Source of the DNA: an uncultured Chromatiales bacterium
Lineage (GTDB): Bacteria; Pseudomonadota; Gammaproteobacteria; SZUA-140
Direction: 5' to 3'
Assembly (NCBI GenBank): GCA_964546765.1
Contig: CAZJKV010000002.1
Span: 1,664 to 53,743 of the forward strand
DNA: 52,080 nucleotides
The notes under the pieces were generated by a model. The model saw only the letters and a list, made by a program, of their open reading frames with translations, searched no databases and was not told where the DNA came from. The translations under genes were made by a program, and so were the position numbers. Positions 39,267-49,170 of this stretch are shown piece after piece (position 1 is the first letter of the stretch; the number at the start of each line of letters is the position of its first letter).

Positions 39267-39811
39267 GTGCGCAAGGACGTAAATCCATCAGACCGCCCGG
39301 TATTCTGACGGTTCTGCCGTTGCTGCTGTTGCTCGCGGGCTGCAGCGACAGCGGCGTATCGGACCTGCGCGCCTTCGTCGAGGAAGCCAAGCAGAAACAG
39401 GGGCGCGTCGCGCCGTTACCGGAATTCAAGCCGGTCGAGACCTTCGCCTATTCCGCCCATACCCTGAAGGATCCATTCCGGGGCTGGAGTTCGGACACCG
39501 GCAATGCCGTGGCGGAGCGGAACGATTCCGGGATCCGGCCTGATGTCAGCCGCAACAGGGAAGTGCTCGAGGGCTACCCGCTCGACACCCTCCGCATGAT
39601 GGGGGCGCTCGAATTCCAGGGGGTCCGCTGGGGACTGGTCAGGGCGCCGGATGGAATCGTCTATCGCGTCAGGCAGGGTAATTACATGGGACAGAACTAC
39701 GGCAAGGTCCAGGCGGTCAGCGACAACAAGCTCATGTTGACCGAGATTGTGCCCGATGGACTGGGAGGATGGGAGGAACGCAACGCATCCCTCGCCATCA
39801 GCGAGCAATGA
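39263..39811 (+). CDS. pilP: Type IV pilus assembly lipoprotein PilP
   Basis: Lipobox LLLLLAGC. C-terminal beta-domain LVRAPDGIVYRVRQGNYMGQNYGKVQAV. Confidence 0.8.
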   Translation: MSAQGRKSIRPPGILTVLPLLLLLAGCSDSGVSDLRAFVEEAKQKQGRVAPLPEFKPVETFAYSAHTLKDPFRGWSSDTGNAVAERNDSGIRPDVSRNREVLEGYPLDTLRMMGALEFQGVRWGLVRAPDGIVYRVRQGNYMGQNYGKVQAVSDNKLMLTEIVPDGLGGWEERNASLAISEQ

Positions 39812-39834
39812 GCCCGCAACGGAGGATGTCGAGC

Positions 39835-42003
39835 ATGATTACCCCGGGATCGAGATACCAACAGGATTGGACACATGACATGGCGCCAGAAAATTACAAT
39901 AGAAATGCATGCGGTTACCTGACGATGCTCCTGCTCGCGCTGTCGCTGTTTTTCGCGACGGCGGCCACAGGCCATGCCGCCGATCAACGGCTCGAATCCT
40001 GGGATTTCTCCGCGCTGCCCGGCAACAAGGTCCAGATCCGGTTGGGACTCGCTGGCGTGACGACCGAACCGAATATGCTGAGTTTCTCGATCGACAATCC
40101 GGCGCGTATCGCCCTCGATTTCCCCGGCACGACCAGCGGCGTCCCCAGGCAGAAAACGGTCGGCGTCGGCGTCGTGCGCAGCATCAACGCCGTCGAATCG
40201 GGCGGGCGCACGCGCGTCGTGCTGAACCTCGACCGGATGGCGCCCTACGAAACCCGTATCGAGGACGGAAATGTCTACATCGTCATCGAAGGCGCCGCTT
40301 CACGCGTCGCGCAGGAAGGGAGATCCGGGTTCACCATGGCGGCGGCCTCCGGTGAAGCGGCTGGCGCCGGCGCGCAGCGACGGATCTCCGCCATCGATTT
40401 CAATCGTGGCCAGCAGGGCGAGGGCCGCATCCTCGTAACCCTCCCCGACGTCAACACACCGGTCAACGTCGAGCAGCGGGGCGGCCGCATCACCGTCGAT
40501 TTCAGGAACGTCCAGTTGCCTGAGGATCTGAAACGGAGGATGGAAGTCGTCGATTTTGCGACCCCGGTCACGCAGGTCGACAGCTTTCCCGAGGGCGACG
40601 GTGTCCGCCTCGTGATCCGGACGGAAGGACTGTTCGAGCATCTTGCCTACCAGTCCGACCGCACCTTCACCCTCGAGGTCAAGCCGCTCACCCGCGAGCA
40701 GCGTGAACAGAGGGAGAAGGAGGAATACACCGGCGAGCGCCTGTCCCTGAACTTCCAGGACATCGAGGTCAGGGCCGTGCTGCAGATCATCGCCGACTTT
40801 ACCGGCATGAACATGGTCAGCAGCGATTCGGTGCAGGGCAACGTGACCCTGCGGCTGCACAATGTCCCCTGGGACCAGGCGCTTGATATCGTGCTCAAGA
40901 GCCGGGGACTCGGCATGCGCCAGGTAGGCAATGTGATCATGGTGGCGCCGGCGCAGGAGATTGCCGCGCGCGAGAAGCAGGAGTTCGAGTCGCGCCAGCA
41001 GCTTGACGACCTGGCGCCGCTGATGTCGGACCTGATCCAGGTCAATTACGCCAAGGCGGAGGACGTGGCGGTCCTGCTCAAGGCCAAGGAGAACTCGATG
41101 CTGTCCGAGCGCGGCAGCGTCACGGTCGACCTGCGCACCAACACGCTACTGGTCAGGGACACCTCTGACAAGCTGGTCGATATACGCAACCTGGTCGGCA
41201 AGCTGGACATACCCGTCAGGCAGGTGCTGATCGAATCCCGGGTCGTTGTCGCGAACGACGACTTCAGCCGCGACCTCGGTGTTCGTCTCGGCACGACCGG
41301 GGTCAAGAGCCACAGCGGGAGCGGCATCATCGGGACCTCCGGCACGCTCGCCGGTACCGGGCAGATGGTCGACAGCGCACCGATGCCGGTCAACTTCCCG
41401 AGCCTCGACAACCGCCTGAACGTCAACCTGCCGGCCTCGAACGCGTCCGGCACACCCGCGAACTTCGCGCTCGCGGTGCTCGGATCCGATTACCTGATCG
41501 ATCTCGAGTTGTCGGCGATGCAGGCGGAGGGCCGCGGCGAGGTCATCTCGACGCCGCGCGTCATCACCTCCAACCAGAACCAGGCCACCATCGAGCAGGG
41601 TGTCGAGATCCCCTACCTGACCGCGGCCTCGAGCGGCGCGACGACGGTGCAGTTCAAAAAGGCGGTGCTGGGCCTGACGGTCAAGCCGCATATCACGCCT
41701 GACGACCGCGTCATCCTCGACCTGTCGGTCAGCAAGGACAGTGTCGGCCAGGTCTTCCAGGGCGTCCCGAGCGTAGACACACGCGAGGTCGTGACCCAGG
41801 TGCTGGTCAACAACGGCGAGACGGTCGTGCTCGGCGGAATCTACGAGCAGGAGCGCGCCGAGGGCGTCAACAAGGTGCCCTTCCTCGGCGACCTCCCGAT
41901 TATCGGCGCACTGTTCCGGCAGAGCAGCCGGGTCGACAGCAAGAACGAGCTGCTGATCTTCGTGACGCCGAAGATCCTCAAAGACACCCTGACGATGCGC
42001 TGA
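39835..42003 (+). CDS. pilQ: Type IV pilus secretin PilQ
   Basis: AMIN-like N-terminal repeats and secretin C-domain ...VPFLGDLPIIGALFR...ELLIFVTPKIL. I chose the ATG at 39835, 9 nt after GGAGG. ATGs at 39808 (ATGA with the pilP stop) and 39826 are also possible. Confidence 0.9.
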   Translation: MITPGSRYQQDWTHDMAPENYNRNACGYLTMLLLALSLFFATAATGHAADQRLESWDFSALPGNKVQIRLGLAGVTTEPNMLSFSIDNPARIALDFPGTTSGVPRQKTVGVGVVRSINAVESGGRTRVVLNLDRMAPYETRIEDGNVYIVIEGAASRVAQEGRSGFTMAAASGEAAGAGAQRRISAIDFNRGQQGEGRILVTLPDVNTPVNVEQRGGRITVDFRNVQLPEDLKRRMEVVDFATPVTQVDSFPEGDGVRLVIRTEGLFEHLAYQSDRTFTLEVKPLTREQREQREKEEYTGERLSLNFQDIEVRAVLQIIADFTGMNMVSSDSVQGNVTLRLHNVPWDQALDIVLKSRGLGMRQVGNVIMVAPAQEIAAREKQEFESRQQLDDLAPLMSDLIQVNYAKAEDVAVLLKAKENSMLSERGSVTVDLRTNTLLVRDTSDKLVDIRNLVGKLDIPVRQVLIESRVVVANDDFSRDLGVRLGTTGVKSHSGSGIIGTSGTLAGTGQMVDSAPMPVNFPSLDNRLNVNLPASNASGTPANFALAVLGSDYLIDLELSAMQAEGRGEVISTPRVITSNQNQATIEQGVEIPYLTAASSGATTVQFKKAVLGLTVKPHITPDDRVILDLSVSKDSVGQVFQGVPSVDTREVVTQVLVNNGETVVLGGIYEQERAEGVNKVPFLGDLPIIGALFRQSSRVDSKNELLIFVTPKILKDTLTMR

Positions 42004-42025
42004 TTCCGGATACGAGACTACGGCC

Positions 42026-43960
42026 ATGAAAAGAAACAATATCAAAACGATCCTGGCGGCGCTCGCGGTGTTGTTGTCAGGTCTGCTGCTGACTGCCTGC
42101 AACAGCGAAGACGGATTCTTCGTATCCGGTAACGGCGGGGCGGGAGGCGACTCTACCGCGGCCTCGATCACCTTGCTCGCGAGTTCGCCCCAACTCGGTT
42201 CGAGCGACAGCGCCTCGGTAACGATTACCGCGATCGTCATGGACGGCAGTAACAACCTGCTGAACTCGGTCCCGGTCGCATTCTCCGCGAGCAGCGGCGC
42301 CCTCGAACTCCCACCGACCAGTGGTGGATCGCAGCCGCTGACGAACGCCTCCGGCCAAGTCGTCGCGACGCTGTCGTCCGGCGGCGACTACCAGAACCGC
42401 ACGATCACCGTCACGGCGTCCAGCGGTGGCGTCACCAGCAGCGTGAATATCAATGTCGCCGGCACCAGCCTGTCCATCAGCGGTGAAAACTCTGCGACCA
42501 TCGGCGACAATACCACGCTGACGATCGTGCTGACCGATTCCGCCGGCGCTCCCATACCGGGTCGCACTGTCACGGTCTCGTCCGAACTCGGCAATCCGCT
42601 GAGTGCTACGACTTTGACGACGAGTTCAGCGGGCCAGGTGCAAGTCGTCGTTACCGCGATCACCCCGGGTACGGACACCATCACTGCTAGCGCGCAGGGC
42701 ATCAGCACGAGTCGCAGCCTGACGGTCTCAGGAGACCAGTTCCTGATGACTACGCCTGCTTCCGGTGCAAACCTCCAGATCGGCCAGTGCAGCAACATCC
42801 AGGTCAACTGGAGGCAGAATAACGTGGCGGTCAACGGTGAAGCCGTGGGCTTTTCAACCACGCGCGGCACACTCTACTCTGACGCGGGGTGCACGACGCC
42901 TGCAAATTCGGCGGTTACGGACGGCACCGGCACCGCGACACTGAGGATTTCGTCAAACAATGCCGGCCCGGCAGTGCTGACCGCGTTCGTCGCCGGCGGT
43001 CCCTCGACCAGCCGGTCAATCAACTTCATCGCAACCGTGCCTGCAACGATCTCCCTGCAGGCGAGTCCGACGACCATCGGGCCCAACGATGGTTCGCAAA
43101 CGAACCAGCAGTCGACGATCACCGCGATCCTGCGCGATGCCAACAACAACCTGGTCGCGGGCAAGGCGATCCGCTTCTCGATCATCCAGGATAACAGCGG
43201 CGGCTCCCTGACTACGGCCACTGCGACCACGGACACCCTCGGACGCGCCTCGACGACCTATGTCTCATCGTCCGCCACGACCGCAAAGGACGGCGTAGTC
43301 ATCCGCGCCGAGGTCGATGAGAATACCGCGATCAACACGTCGGTCTCCCTGACGGTGGCCCAGAGTCCGCTGTTCGTGCGCCTCGGCACCGGAAACCTGA
43401 TCGAGAACGTCGGGCAGACCCAGTACAACAAGAAATACACCGTTATCGTGACGGACGCGAACGGCAACGCGGCTGCGAACGCGAGCGTCAACCTTTCGGT
43501 CACGCCGGTGTCCTTCACCAAGGGCAGTTATATCTATGACACCAGTGTCTGGGTGCAGACGGCCTTCGACATCAATCTGGATCCCGTCGCAGGCAACCCG
43601 CAGTCTCTGGCAAACCGCTGCGCGAGCGAAGACCTGAACGAGAACGGCATCCTGGACGGGGGAGAGGATATCAACCAGGACGGTCAGCTGACGCCCGGCA
43701 ATGTCGTGTCCGTGCCGCCCGCGGTGACCACCGGCGCCAACGGCACCTTCGAGTTCGACGTGATCTATCCGCGCCAGTACGGTAACTGGACACGCGTCAG
43801 GCTCTCCGCCACGACATCGGTTGCCGGCACCGAATCCAGCGACAGCGTCATTTTCTGGCTGCCGGTCGCGGCCGCGGACATGACGAACCAGAACACGCCG
43901 CCGCCTGGAACCCCGAGTCCGTTCGGTTACGTCACGGGCGACTGCTCCAGTACCGACTGA
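42026..43960 (+). CDS. Large lipoprotein with tandem bacterial Ig-like (Big_1/invasin-style) repeats and an acidic Ca-loop-like C-terminal region
   Basis: Lipobox LSGLLLTAC. Repeated modules of the type ITLLASSPQLGSSDSASVTITAIVMDGSNNLL..VPVAFSASSG and ISLQASPTTIG...STITAILRDANNNLVAGKAIRFS. The acidic run EDLNENGILDGGEDINQDGQ is also present. Confidence 0.75.
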   Translation: MKRNNIKTILAALAVLLSGLLLTACNSEDGFFVSGNGGAGGDSTAASITLLASSPQLGSSDSASVTITAIVMDGSNNLLNSVPVAFSASSGALELPPTSGGSQPLTNASGQVVATLSSGGDYQNRTITVTASSGGVTSSVNINVAGTSLSISGENSATIGDNTTLTIVLTDSAGAPIPGRTVTVSSELGNPLSATTLTTSSAGQVQVVVTAITPGTDTITASAQGISTSRSLTVSGDQFLMTTPASGANLQIGQCSNIQVNWRQNNVAVNGEAVGFSTTRGTLYSDAGCTTPANSAVTDGTGTATLRISSNNAGPAVLTAFVAGGPSTSRSINFIATVPATISLQASPTTIGPNDGSQTNQQSTITAILRDANNNLVAGKAIRFSIIQDNSGGSLTTATATTDTLGRASTTYVSSSATTAKDGVVIRAEVDENTAINTSVSLTVAQSPLFVRLGTGNLIENVGQTQYNKKYTVIVTDANGNAAANASVNLSVTPVSFTKGSYIYDTSVWVQTAFDINLDPVAGNPQSLANRCASEDLNENGILDGGEDINQDGQLTPGNVVSVPPAVTTGANGTFEFDVIYPRQYGNWTRVRLSATTSVAGTESSDSVIFWLPVAAADMTNQNTPPPGTPSPFGYVTGDCSSTD

Positions 43961-43978
43961 TCCGTATCATCGATTCGA

Positions 43979-44009
43979 ACAGGACAGGCCTGGCGCCTGT
44001 CCTGTTTTT
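43979..44009 (+). terminator. Strong intrinsic terminator after the Ig-like lipoprotein gene
   Basis: ACAGGACAGGC-ctggc-GCCTGTCCTGT forms a perfect 11-bp stem, followed by TTTTT. Confidence 0.85.
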
Positions 44010-44083
44010 ATATGTTTGAGAAGTCGCGATTTTCGATCCGGCCGCTGTTGTGCCAGCGCCTGTTCTCTGCCTAACATAGGGCG

Positions 44084-44668
44084 ATGGAACAGCCCAGGCC
44101 CAATATCTTCCTGGTCGGTCCGATGGGCGTCGGCAAGACGACGATCGGCCGTCACCTCGCGCGCGCGCTCGGTCTGGAATTCATCGACAGCGACCATGTC
44201 ATCGAGGAGCGCTGCGGGGCCGATATCCCGTGGATCTTCGATATCGAGGGCGAAGCCGGCTTCCGGCGCCGCGAGCGGGCTGTGATCGGGGAACTGGCGC
44301 GACGGCACGGCATCGTGCTTGCGACCGGCGGCGGGGCGGTGCTCGACCCTGACAATCGGAACGATCTCGATCGCCATGGCACGGTCGTCTACCTCCAGGC
44401 CTCGATCGACCGGATACTGACGCGCACCGGCAAATCCCAGAACCGGCCGCTGCTGCGGACTGATGATCCGCGCACGCGCGTGGAGGAACTGCTGGCCGAG
44501 CGCGAACCCCTGTATCGCGAGATCGCTGACATCACCGTGGAAACTGACCGACGCGGCATTCGCAGCACTGTGAACTTCATACTCAAGCATCTGCCCGAAC
44601 GGAAACACGGCGGCCGTGCACGCGGTCCGGGTAAACGCATCACGCATGCGCGGGGCGCACGCCCTTGA
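44084..44668 (+). CDS. aroK: Shikimate kinase
   Basis: [16 protein letters not shown] Walker A and LATGGGAV. The basic C-terminal extension overlaps the aroB start. Confidence 0.92.
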   Translation: MEQPRPNIFLVGPMGVGKTTIGRHLARALGLEFIDSDHVIEERCGADIPWIFDIEGEAGFRRRERAVIGELARRHGIVLATGGGAVLDPDNRNDLDRHGTVVYLQASIDRILTRTGKSQNRPLLRTDDPRTRVEELLAEREPLYREIADITVETDRRGIRSTVNFILKHLPERKHGGRARGPGKRITHARGARP

Positions 44669-45756
44669 TACGTACACTGACCGTCGAGCTCGGCGAGCGC
44701 AGCTACCCGATCCATATCGGACCAGGGCTGCTGTCGCGCCCGGAATTGATAGTGTCCCACATCGCGGGACGGCAGGTCATGGTGGTCAGCAACGAGACCG
44801 TGGCGCCGCTCTGGCTCGAAGCGGCGCTCGAACTGTTTGCCGGATATCGGTGCAACGAGGTGATACTGCCCGACGGGGAGGCGTACAAGGATCTCGGCAC
44901 CCTGAATACCATCTTCGACGCGCTGCTGCGCCGGCAGTGCGACCGCAGCGTTACGCTCGTAGCGCTCGGCGGCGGGGTCGTCGGCGACATGACCGGATTC
45001 GCCGCGGCCTGTTATCAGCGCGGGGTGGCTTTCATCCAGATCCCGACCACGCTGCTGGCCCAGGTGGATTCCTCGGTCGGCGGCAAGACCGGCGTCAACC
45101 ATTCGCTCGGCAAGAACATGATCGGTGCATTTCACCAGCCGCGCTGCGTGATTGCCGATATCGACACCCTGAACACGCTGGCGGACCGGGAGCTGCGCGC
45201 CGGTGTCGCCGAGGCCATCAAGTACGGGCTGATCCGCGACCGCGCGTTCTTCGAATGGCTGGAGGGGCACATCGACGCGGTGCTGGCCCGCGCTCCCGAG
45301 GCGCTGATCCATGTCATCGAGCGATCGTGCCGCAACAAGGCCGATATCGTAGCCGCCGACGAACATGAAGCCGGCGTGCGCGCCTTGCTGAACCTCGGTC
45401 ATACCTTCGGCCATGCGATTGAAACCGGCATCGGTTACGGCAAGTGGCTGCACGGCGAGGCGGTCGCGGCGGGCATGTGCGCTGCGGCGCACCTGTCGGC
45501 ACAACTGGGCGACCTGGAGGCGCGGGACCTCGATCCCATCGTGGCCCTGATAGGACGCGCCGGCCTGCCGGTCCGGCTGCACGCCGGACTCGACAGCGCG
45601 CGTTACCTCGAATTGATGGCGGTCGACAAGAAGGTGCAGGCGGGCAGGATCCGCCTGGTGCTGTTGCGGGGGATCGGCGCCGCGCATATCGCCGGGGACT
45701 ACGGCGTCGACGCCCTCGAACGCACGCTCGAGGCCTGCGCGGGGCGGGAGGGCTAG
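44665..45756 (+). CDS. aroB: 3-dehydroquinate synthase
   Basis: [35 protein letters not shown]. The TTG start overlaps the aroK stop (TTGA). Confidence 0.92.
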   Translation: MIRTLTVELGERSYPIHIGPGLLSRPELIVSHIAGRQVMVVSNETVAPLWLEAALELFAGYRCNEVILPDGEAYKDLGTLNTIFDALLRRQCDRSVTLVALGGGVVGDMTGFAAACYQRGVAFIQIPTTLLAQVDSSVGGKTGVNHSLGKNMIGAFHQPRCVIADIDTLNTLADRELRAGVAEAIKYGLIRDRAFFEWLEGHIDAVLARAPEALIHVIERSCRNKADIVAADEHEAGVRALLNLGHTFGHAIETGIGYGKWLHGEAVAAGMCAAAHLSAQLGDLEARDLDPIVALIGRAGLPVRLHAGLDSARYLELMAVDKKVQAGRIRLVLLRGIGAAHIAGDYGVDALERTLEACAGREG

Positions 45757-45762
45757 TCGGTC

Positions 45763-46935
45763 ATGCCGGACGCCAGCGCAATGGAGATCGGGCTTGCGCC
45801 ATGGGCGGCCAGTCAGCGGACGTCGCGCGGCCGCCGTCACCCGGAACCGTCGCCCGGCTACCGCAGCGAATACCAGCGCGACCGCGACCGTATCGTGCAC
45901 TCAGGCGCCTTCCGCCGCCTCGAATACAAGACCCAGGTCTTCGTAAATCACGAAGGGGACATGTTCCGCACCCGGCTGACCCATTCCATAGAAGTGGCGC
46001 AGATCGGACGCGCGATCGCGCGGGCGCTCGGGATCAACGAGGACCTGACCGAAGCGATTGCGCTGGCGCACGACCTCGGGCACACGCCGTTCGGGCATGC
46101 CGGGCAGGACGCGCTGAATTCCTGCATGAAGGATTACGAGGGATTCGAGCACAACCTCCAGTCGCTGCGGGTCGTTGATGAACTCGAGGAACGCTATGCC
46201 GGCTTCAACGGCCTGAACCTGACCTACGAGACCCGGGAAGGCATCCTGAAGCACTGTTCGCCGCGCCATGCGGCCGGGCTAGGCGAACTCGGTGAGCGCT
46301 TCATGAAGCGGCTGCAGCCGACGCTGGAGGCCCAGCTCGCGAACCTGTCCGATGAGATCGCGTACAACAATCACGATGTCGACGACGGGTTGCGCGCCGG
46401 TCTGATCTCGGTCGGGGAATTGTGCGATATCCGCCTGTTTCGTGAACAGCATGACGCCGTCGCCCGGCAGTATCCGGGTATCGGACCGCGTCGCATGCAG
46501 CACGAGATCGTGCGCCGCATGATCAATCGCCAGGTCAGCGACCTGATCGAACACAGCCGGGCGCGCATCGAAGGGTCCGGAGTCGCGTCGCTCGATGAGG
46601 TGCGGGCCGGGCCGGAACCGCTGATCCGCTTCAGCGAAGAGATGACGGCCTGGAATCTCGAGCTCAAGCGTTTTCTCCGTGACCGGCTCTACCGTCATTA
46701 CCGTGTCCGGCGCATGACCGCCAAGGCGGATCGCATCGTGCGCGCCCTGTTCGACACCTTTATCGCCGAGATCGACGTGCTGCCGATCGAGTACCAGCAA
46801 AAGGCCCGCGAGGCAGAACAGGCGCAGGGTGTTGCGGGCAGGGCGCGGGTGGTGGCAGACTACATCGCGGGCATGACCGACCGCTATGCGATCGGCGAAT
46901 ACGAAAAGCTGTTCAATCCGTCCGTGCTCACCTGA
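45763..46935 (+). CDS. dgt: dGTP triphosphohydrolase-like HD-domain protein
   Basis: [46 protein letters not shown]. Confidence 0.85.
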   Translation: MPDASAMEIGLAPWAASQRTSRGRRHPEPSPGYRSEYQRDRDRIVHSGAFRRLEYKTQVFVNHEGDMFRTRLTHSIEVAQIGRAIARALGINEDLTEAIALAHDLGHTPFGHAGQDALNSCMKDYEGFEHNLQSLRVVDELEERYAGFNGLNLTYETREGILKHCSPRHAAGLGELGERFMKRLQPTLEAQLANLSDEIAYNNHDVDDGLRAGLISVGELCDIRLFREQHDAVARQYPGIGPRRMQHEIVRRMINRQVSDLIEHSRARIEGSGVASLDEVRAGPEPLIRFSEEMTAWNLELKRFLRDRLYRHYRVRRMTAKADRIVRALFDTFIAEIDVLPIEYQQKAREAEQAQGVAGRARVVADYIAGMTDRYAIGEYEKLFNPSVLT

Positions 46936-46979
46936 GCCGGGTACCCGGTCTTGCCGCCGACGCGGGCCGGACTCCATCC

Positions 46980-47234
46980 ATGCGAATATATATGCAGATT
47001 GCGCCAACCCCGAACAAGCCGCCGGGGTTCTATCACCTGATCCTGCAGCCGGATCTGCTCGGTGGCTGGTCGCTGATCCGCGAATCGGGCAGGCAGGGTG
47101 CGACCGGGCGGGTCAGGCGTGACCACTATCCGGACCGGGACGCGGCGATCGAGGCAATGATGCGCCTGCGCGACGAACGCCTGAAAGGCGGATATCGCGT
47201 CGTGTACGTGCAGGGAGAACAACGGCCGGCATGA
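46980..47234 (+). CDS. WGR-domain small protein
   Basis: FYHLILQPDLLGGWSLIRESGRQGATGRVRR...AIEAMMRLRDERLKGGY follows the proteobacterial stand-alone WGR pattern (FY.L..QPDLFGG.SL.REWGRIG...KRRRGY). Confidence 0.7.
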   Translation: MRIYMQIAPTPNKPPGFYHLILQPDLLGGWSLIRESGRQGATGRVRRDHYPDRDAAIEAMMRLRDERLKGGYRVVYVQGEQRPA

Positions 47235-48805
47235 GCGAACAGCCCGCGAATACCATGTATCGTCACGATACGCGCGCCGCCGGGTCACGGGGCCCGGATC
47301 CATTCGAATCCTCGTGGCGGCAGGAATACTGGTACAACGAGCCGGTCAGGGAAAAACGGCTCTACCTGCTGCTGCATCTTGCGCCTTACAGCGCGGTGCT
47401 GATGGTCACCGGCGACGAGGGCAGCGGCAAGACGACGCTGCTGCACCAGTTCCTGGCCCGTGCGAACGACACCTGGCGCATCTGTTCGATCCAGGGCGCA
47501 GCCGACATCGATCACCTGGAGATCCTGGATACGCTCGAACAGGAGCTGTCGTTGCGCGCCGAATCGTATGCGGACGAGGACGAGCGCATCCTGTATCTGC
47601 GCGAGAGCCTGCACGCGTTGCGGCGCGGCTCGCTTGTTCCGATCGTCGTCGTCGATGACGCCCACCTGCTGCCTCAGGCCGCATTGACGATGATCACACG
47701 CCTGACTGAGCCGCGCGAGGACGGCGAGGTCCTGCTGGGCGCGCTGATGTTCGGAGAGGAGTCGCTCCAGGAGCGCTTCATGCTGCCCGGCCCCGGCAAT
47801 CTGCGCGAGCATGTCAACCATACCTTTGAACTCGCCCCGCTCGGCGAGGAAGGCACGACCGGGTATATCCGCCATCGCATGCAGGTCGCCGGGCGCGACC
47901 CGGACAGCCTGTTCACACCGGCGGTGCTGAAGTTCATCCACGTAGCGTCCCGCGGGCAACCTGGACGCATCAACGAGCTGGCCCGCGGGGTGCTGCGCAA
48001 TGAAGGCCAGATGGATTATCCGATGACGGCGGCACCGGGCCTGGTGGGCCGCGTCCTGTTGCGCTACGGCCTTGCCGCGTTCGCAATCTCGCTGGTCGTC
48101 GTCGCAATGTTTTACCAGGACACGCTGAAGGAGTTCACGACCCCCGGGCCGGCGCCGGTCATCGTCGACGCCGGCACGCCGCCGGCGCTTCCCGGGCCTG
48201 CGCCCGGCGAGCCGGTCGAGGGCGAACAGGGCCCGGTTGCGCCGGTGACTGGAGACATCCCCCCGCCGCCATCCGACGAAGTGGAAATCGCGCAAGCTGC
48301 GGACCCCGTGCCCGCGATGTCCGCGCCGGCGGATCCCCAATTGTCCGCGGGCGTGGACACCCGGGCAGAAGCGGAGCACCAGACGCCGGTGATCGAGGCG
48401 ATGCCTCCGGATGACCCATCTCCGGTACCCGCGCAGGCCGCGGTGGAACTGCCGCCGCCCTCCCGGACACCCATGGATACGCCCGCTGCGGAGTCGCCAT
48501 GGCCACGCGGTGCCGACTGGTTGCTGGCCCAGGCACCGGGGCATTTTACGCTGCAGTTGTTCGCCAGCACCGAGGACCGCGCGCGCGTCTTCGTCGAACG
48601 GCACAGACTCGGGGAAGGGATTGCGATCTTCCGGGCCAAAGGCGGCGATGCCCCGCTCTATGCCGTCACCCACGGCATCTACCCCACCCGACAGGATGCC
48701 GCCACGGCGGCCGGGCTGCCCGGGATCGCCGGGTTGGAGGGCGTAAAACCCTGGGTCCGCTCGCTGCGCGATGTCCAGGGCGCCATCGGCGCCGCCGAAC
48801 CTTAA
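47231..48805 (+). CDS. AAA ATPase (ExeA/GspA-like) with Pro-rich linker and C-terminal SPOR domain
   Basis: Walker A GDEGSGKTTLL and Walker B PIVVVDDAHLL, a TM segment, a Pro/Ala-rich linker, and SPOR-like HFTLQLFASTEDRARVFVERH...LYAVTHGIYPTRQDAATAA. The ATG overlaps the WGR stop (ATGA). Confidence 0.8.
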   Translation: MSEQPANTMYRHDTRAAGSRGPDPFESSWRQEYWYNEPVREKRLYLLLHLAPYSAVLMVTGDEGSGKTTLLHQFLARANDTWRICSIQGAADIDHLEILDTLEQELSLRAESYADEDERILYLRESLHALRRGSLVPIVVVDDAHLLPQAALTMITRLTEPREDGEVLLGALMFGEESLQERFMLPGPGNLREHVNHTFELAPLGEEGTTGYIRHRMQVAGRDPDSLFTPAVLKFIHVASRGQPGRINELARGVLRNEGQMDYPMTAAPGLVGRVLLRYGLAAFAISLVVVAMFYQDTLKEFTTPGPAPVIVDAGTPPALPGPAPGEPVEGEQGPVAPVTGDIPPPPSDEVEIAQAADPVPAMSAPADPQLSAGVDTRAEAEHQTPVIEAMPPDDPSPVPAQAAVELPPPSRTPMDTPAAESPWPRGADWLLAQAPGHFTLQLFASTEDRARVFVERHRLGEGIAIFRAKGGDAPLYAVTHGIYPTRQDAATAAGLPGIAGLEGVKPWVRSLRDVQGAIGAAEP

Positions 48806-48869
48806 AAATTCATGAATTCAATCAACAGGTAATCCATCGCATCCGTCCCTGCTACCGGGATCTGCTTTA

Positions 48870-48898
48870 TTGAAGGCGAGGGCGCAGACGAGTATAAT
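48870..48898 (+). promoter_or_regulatory. Near-consensus sigma70 promoter TTGAAG-N17-TATAAT upstream of gltB
   Basis: Hexamers at 48870-48875 and 48893-48898. This implies a leader of about 265 nt before the gltB ATG. Confidence 0.55.
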
Positions 48899-48933
48899 TT
48901 TTCCCCTTGCGTCTTGAACTTGCGTCTCCAGGA

Positions 48934-48972
48934 TGATGCATTGGCATGATGCATTGGCGTAATGCATCGGCG
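48934..48972. repeat. Three tandem 13-bp units (TGATGCATTGGCA / TGATGCATTGGCG / TAATGCATCGGCG)
   Basis: Read directly from the sequence. Each unit contains an ATGCAT palindrome. The units are preceded by CTTGCGTCT twice, at 48906 and 48919, also with 13-bp spacing. Confidence 0.8.
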
Positions 48973-49170
48973 CATGCCTTGCGCGGGACGCGGCCACGAC
49001 ATGCGTCGAAGCAAGACTACCGGAATGCGACTTCCGCCGGTTTCGACCACAGGTTCCATGATCCCCGGCGCGGTGACAGGCAGGTCGAGCGGCTGCATGC
49101 AGCTCCGCTCTCCCGATTATGTGGAAGACGTGACGTGGCTCGACGCGTCAACAATGACTGGATACGGTAC

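Noticed and set aside
44389-45900. 503-aa minus-strand ORF, with similar ones at 47285-48673, 50008-51225, 22252-23601 (+), 7642-8658, 41146-42255 and 15771-16781
   Set aside because: All are antisense to genes with strong family motifs (aroB, AAA/SPOR, gltB, TPP enzyme, fructokinase, pilQ, cupin/ARH). All show the Arg/Gly/Asp/Ala bias of GC-rich non-coding frames.
48941-48958. Sigma54 promoter reading of TGGCAT-N5-ATTGGC inside the gltB tandem repeats
   Set aside because: The -12 element does not match TTGC(A/T), and the apparent motif is just a by-product of the 13-bp repeat.
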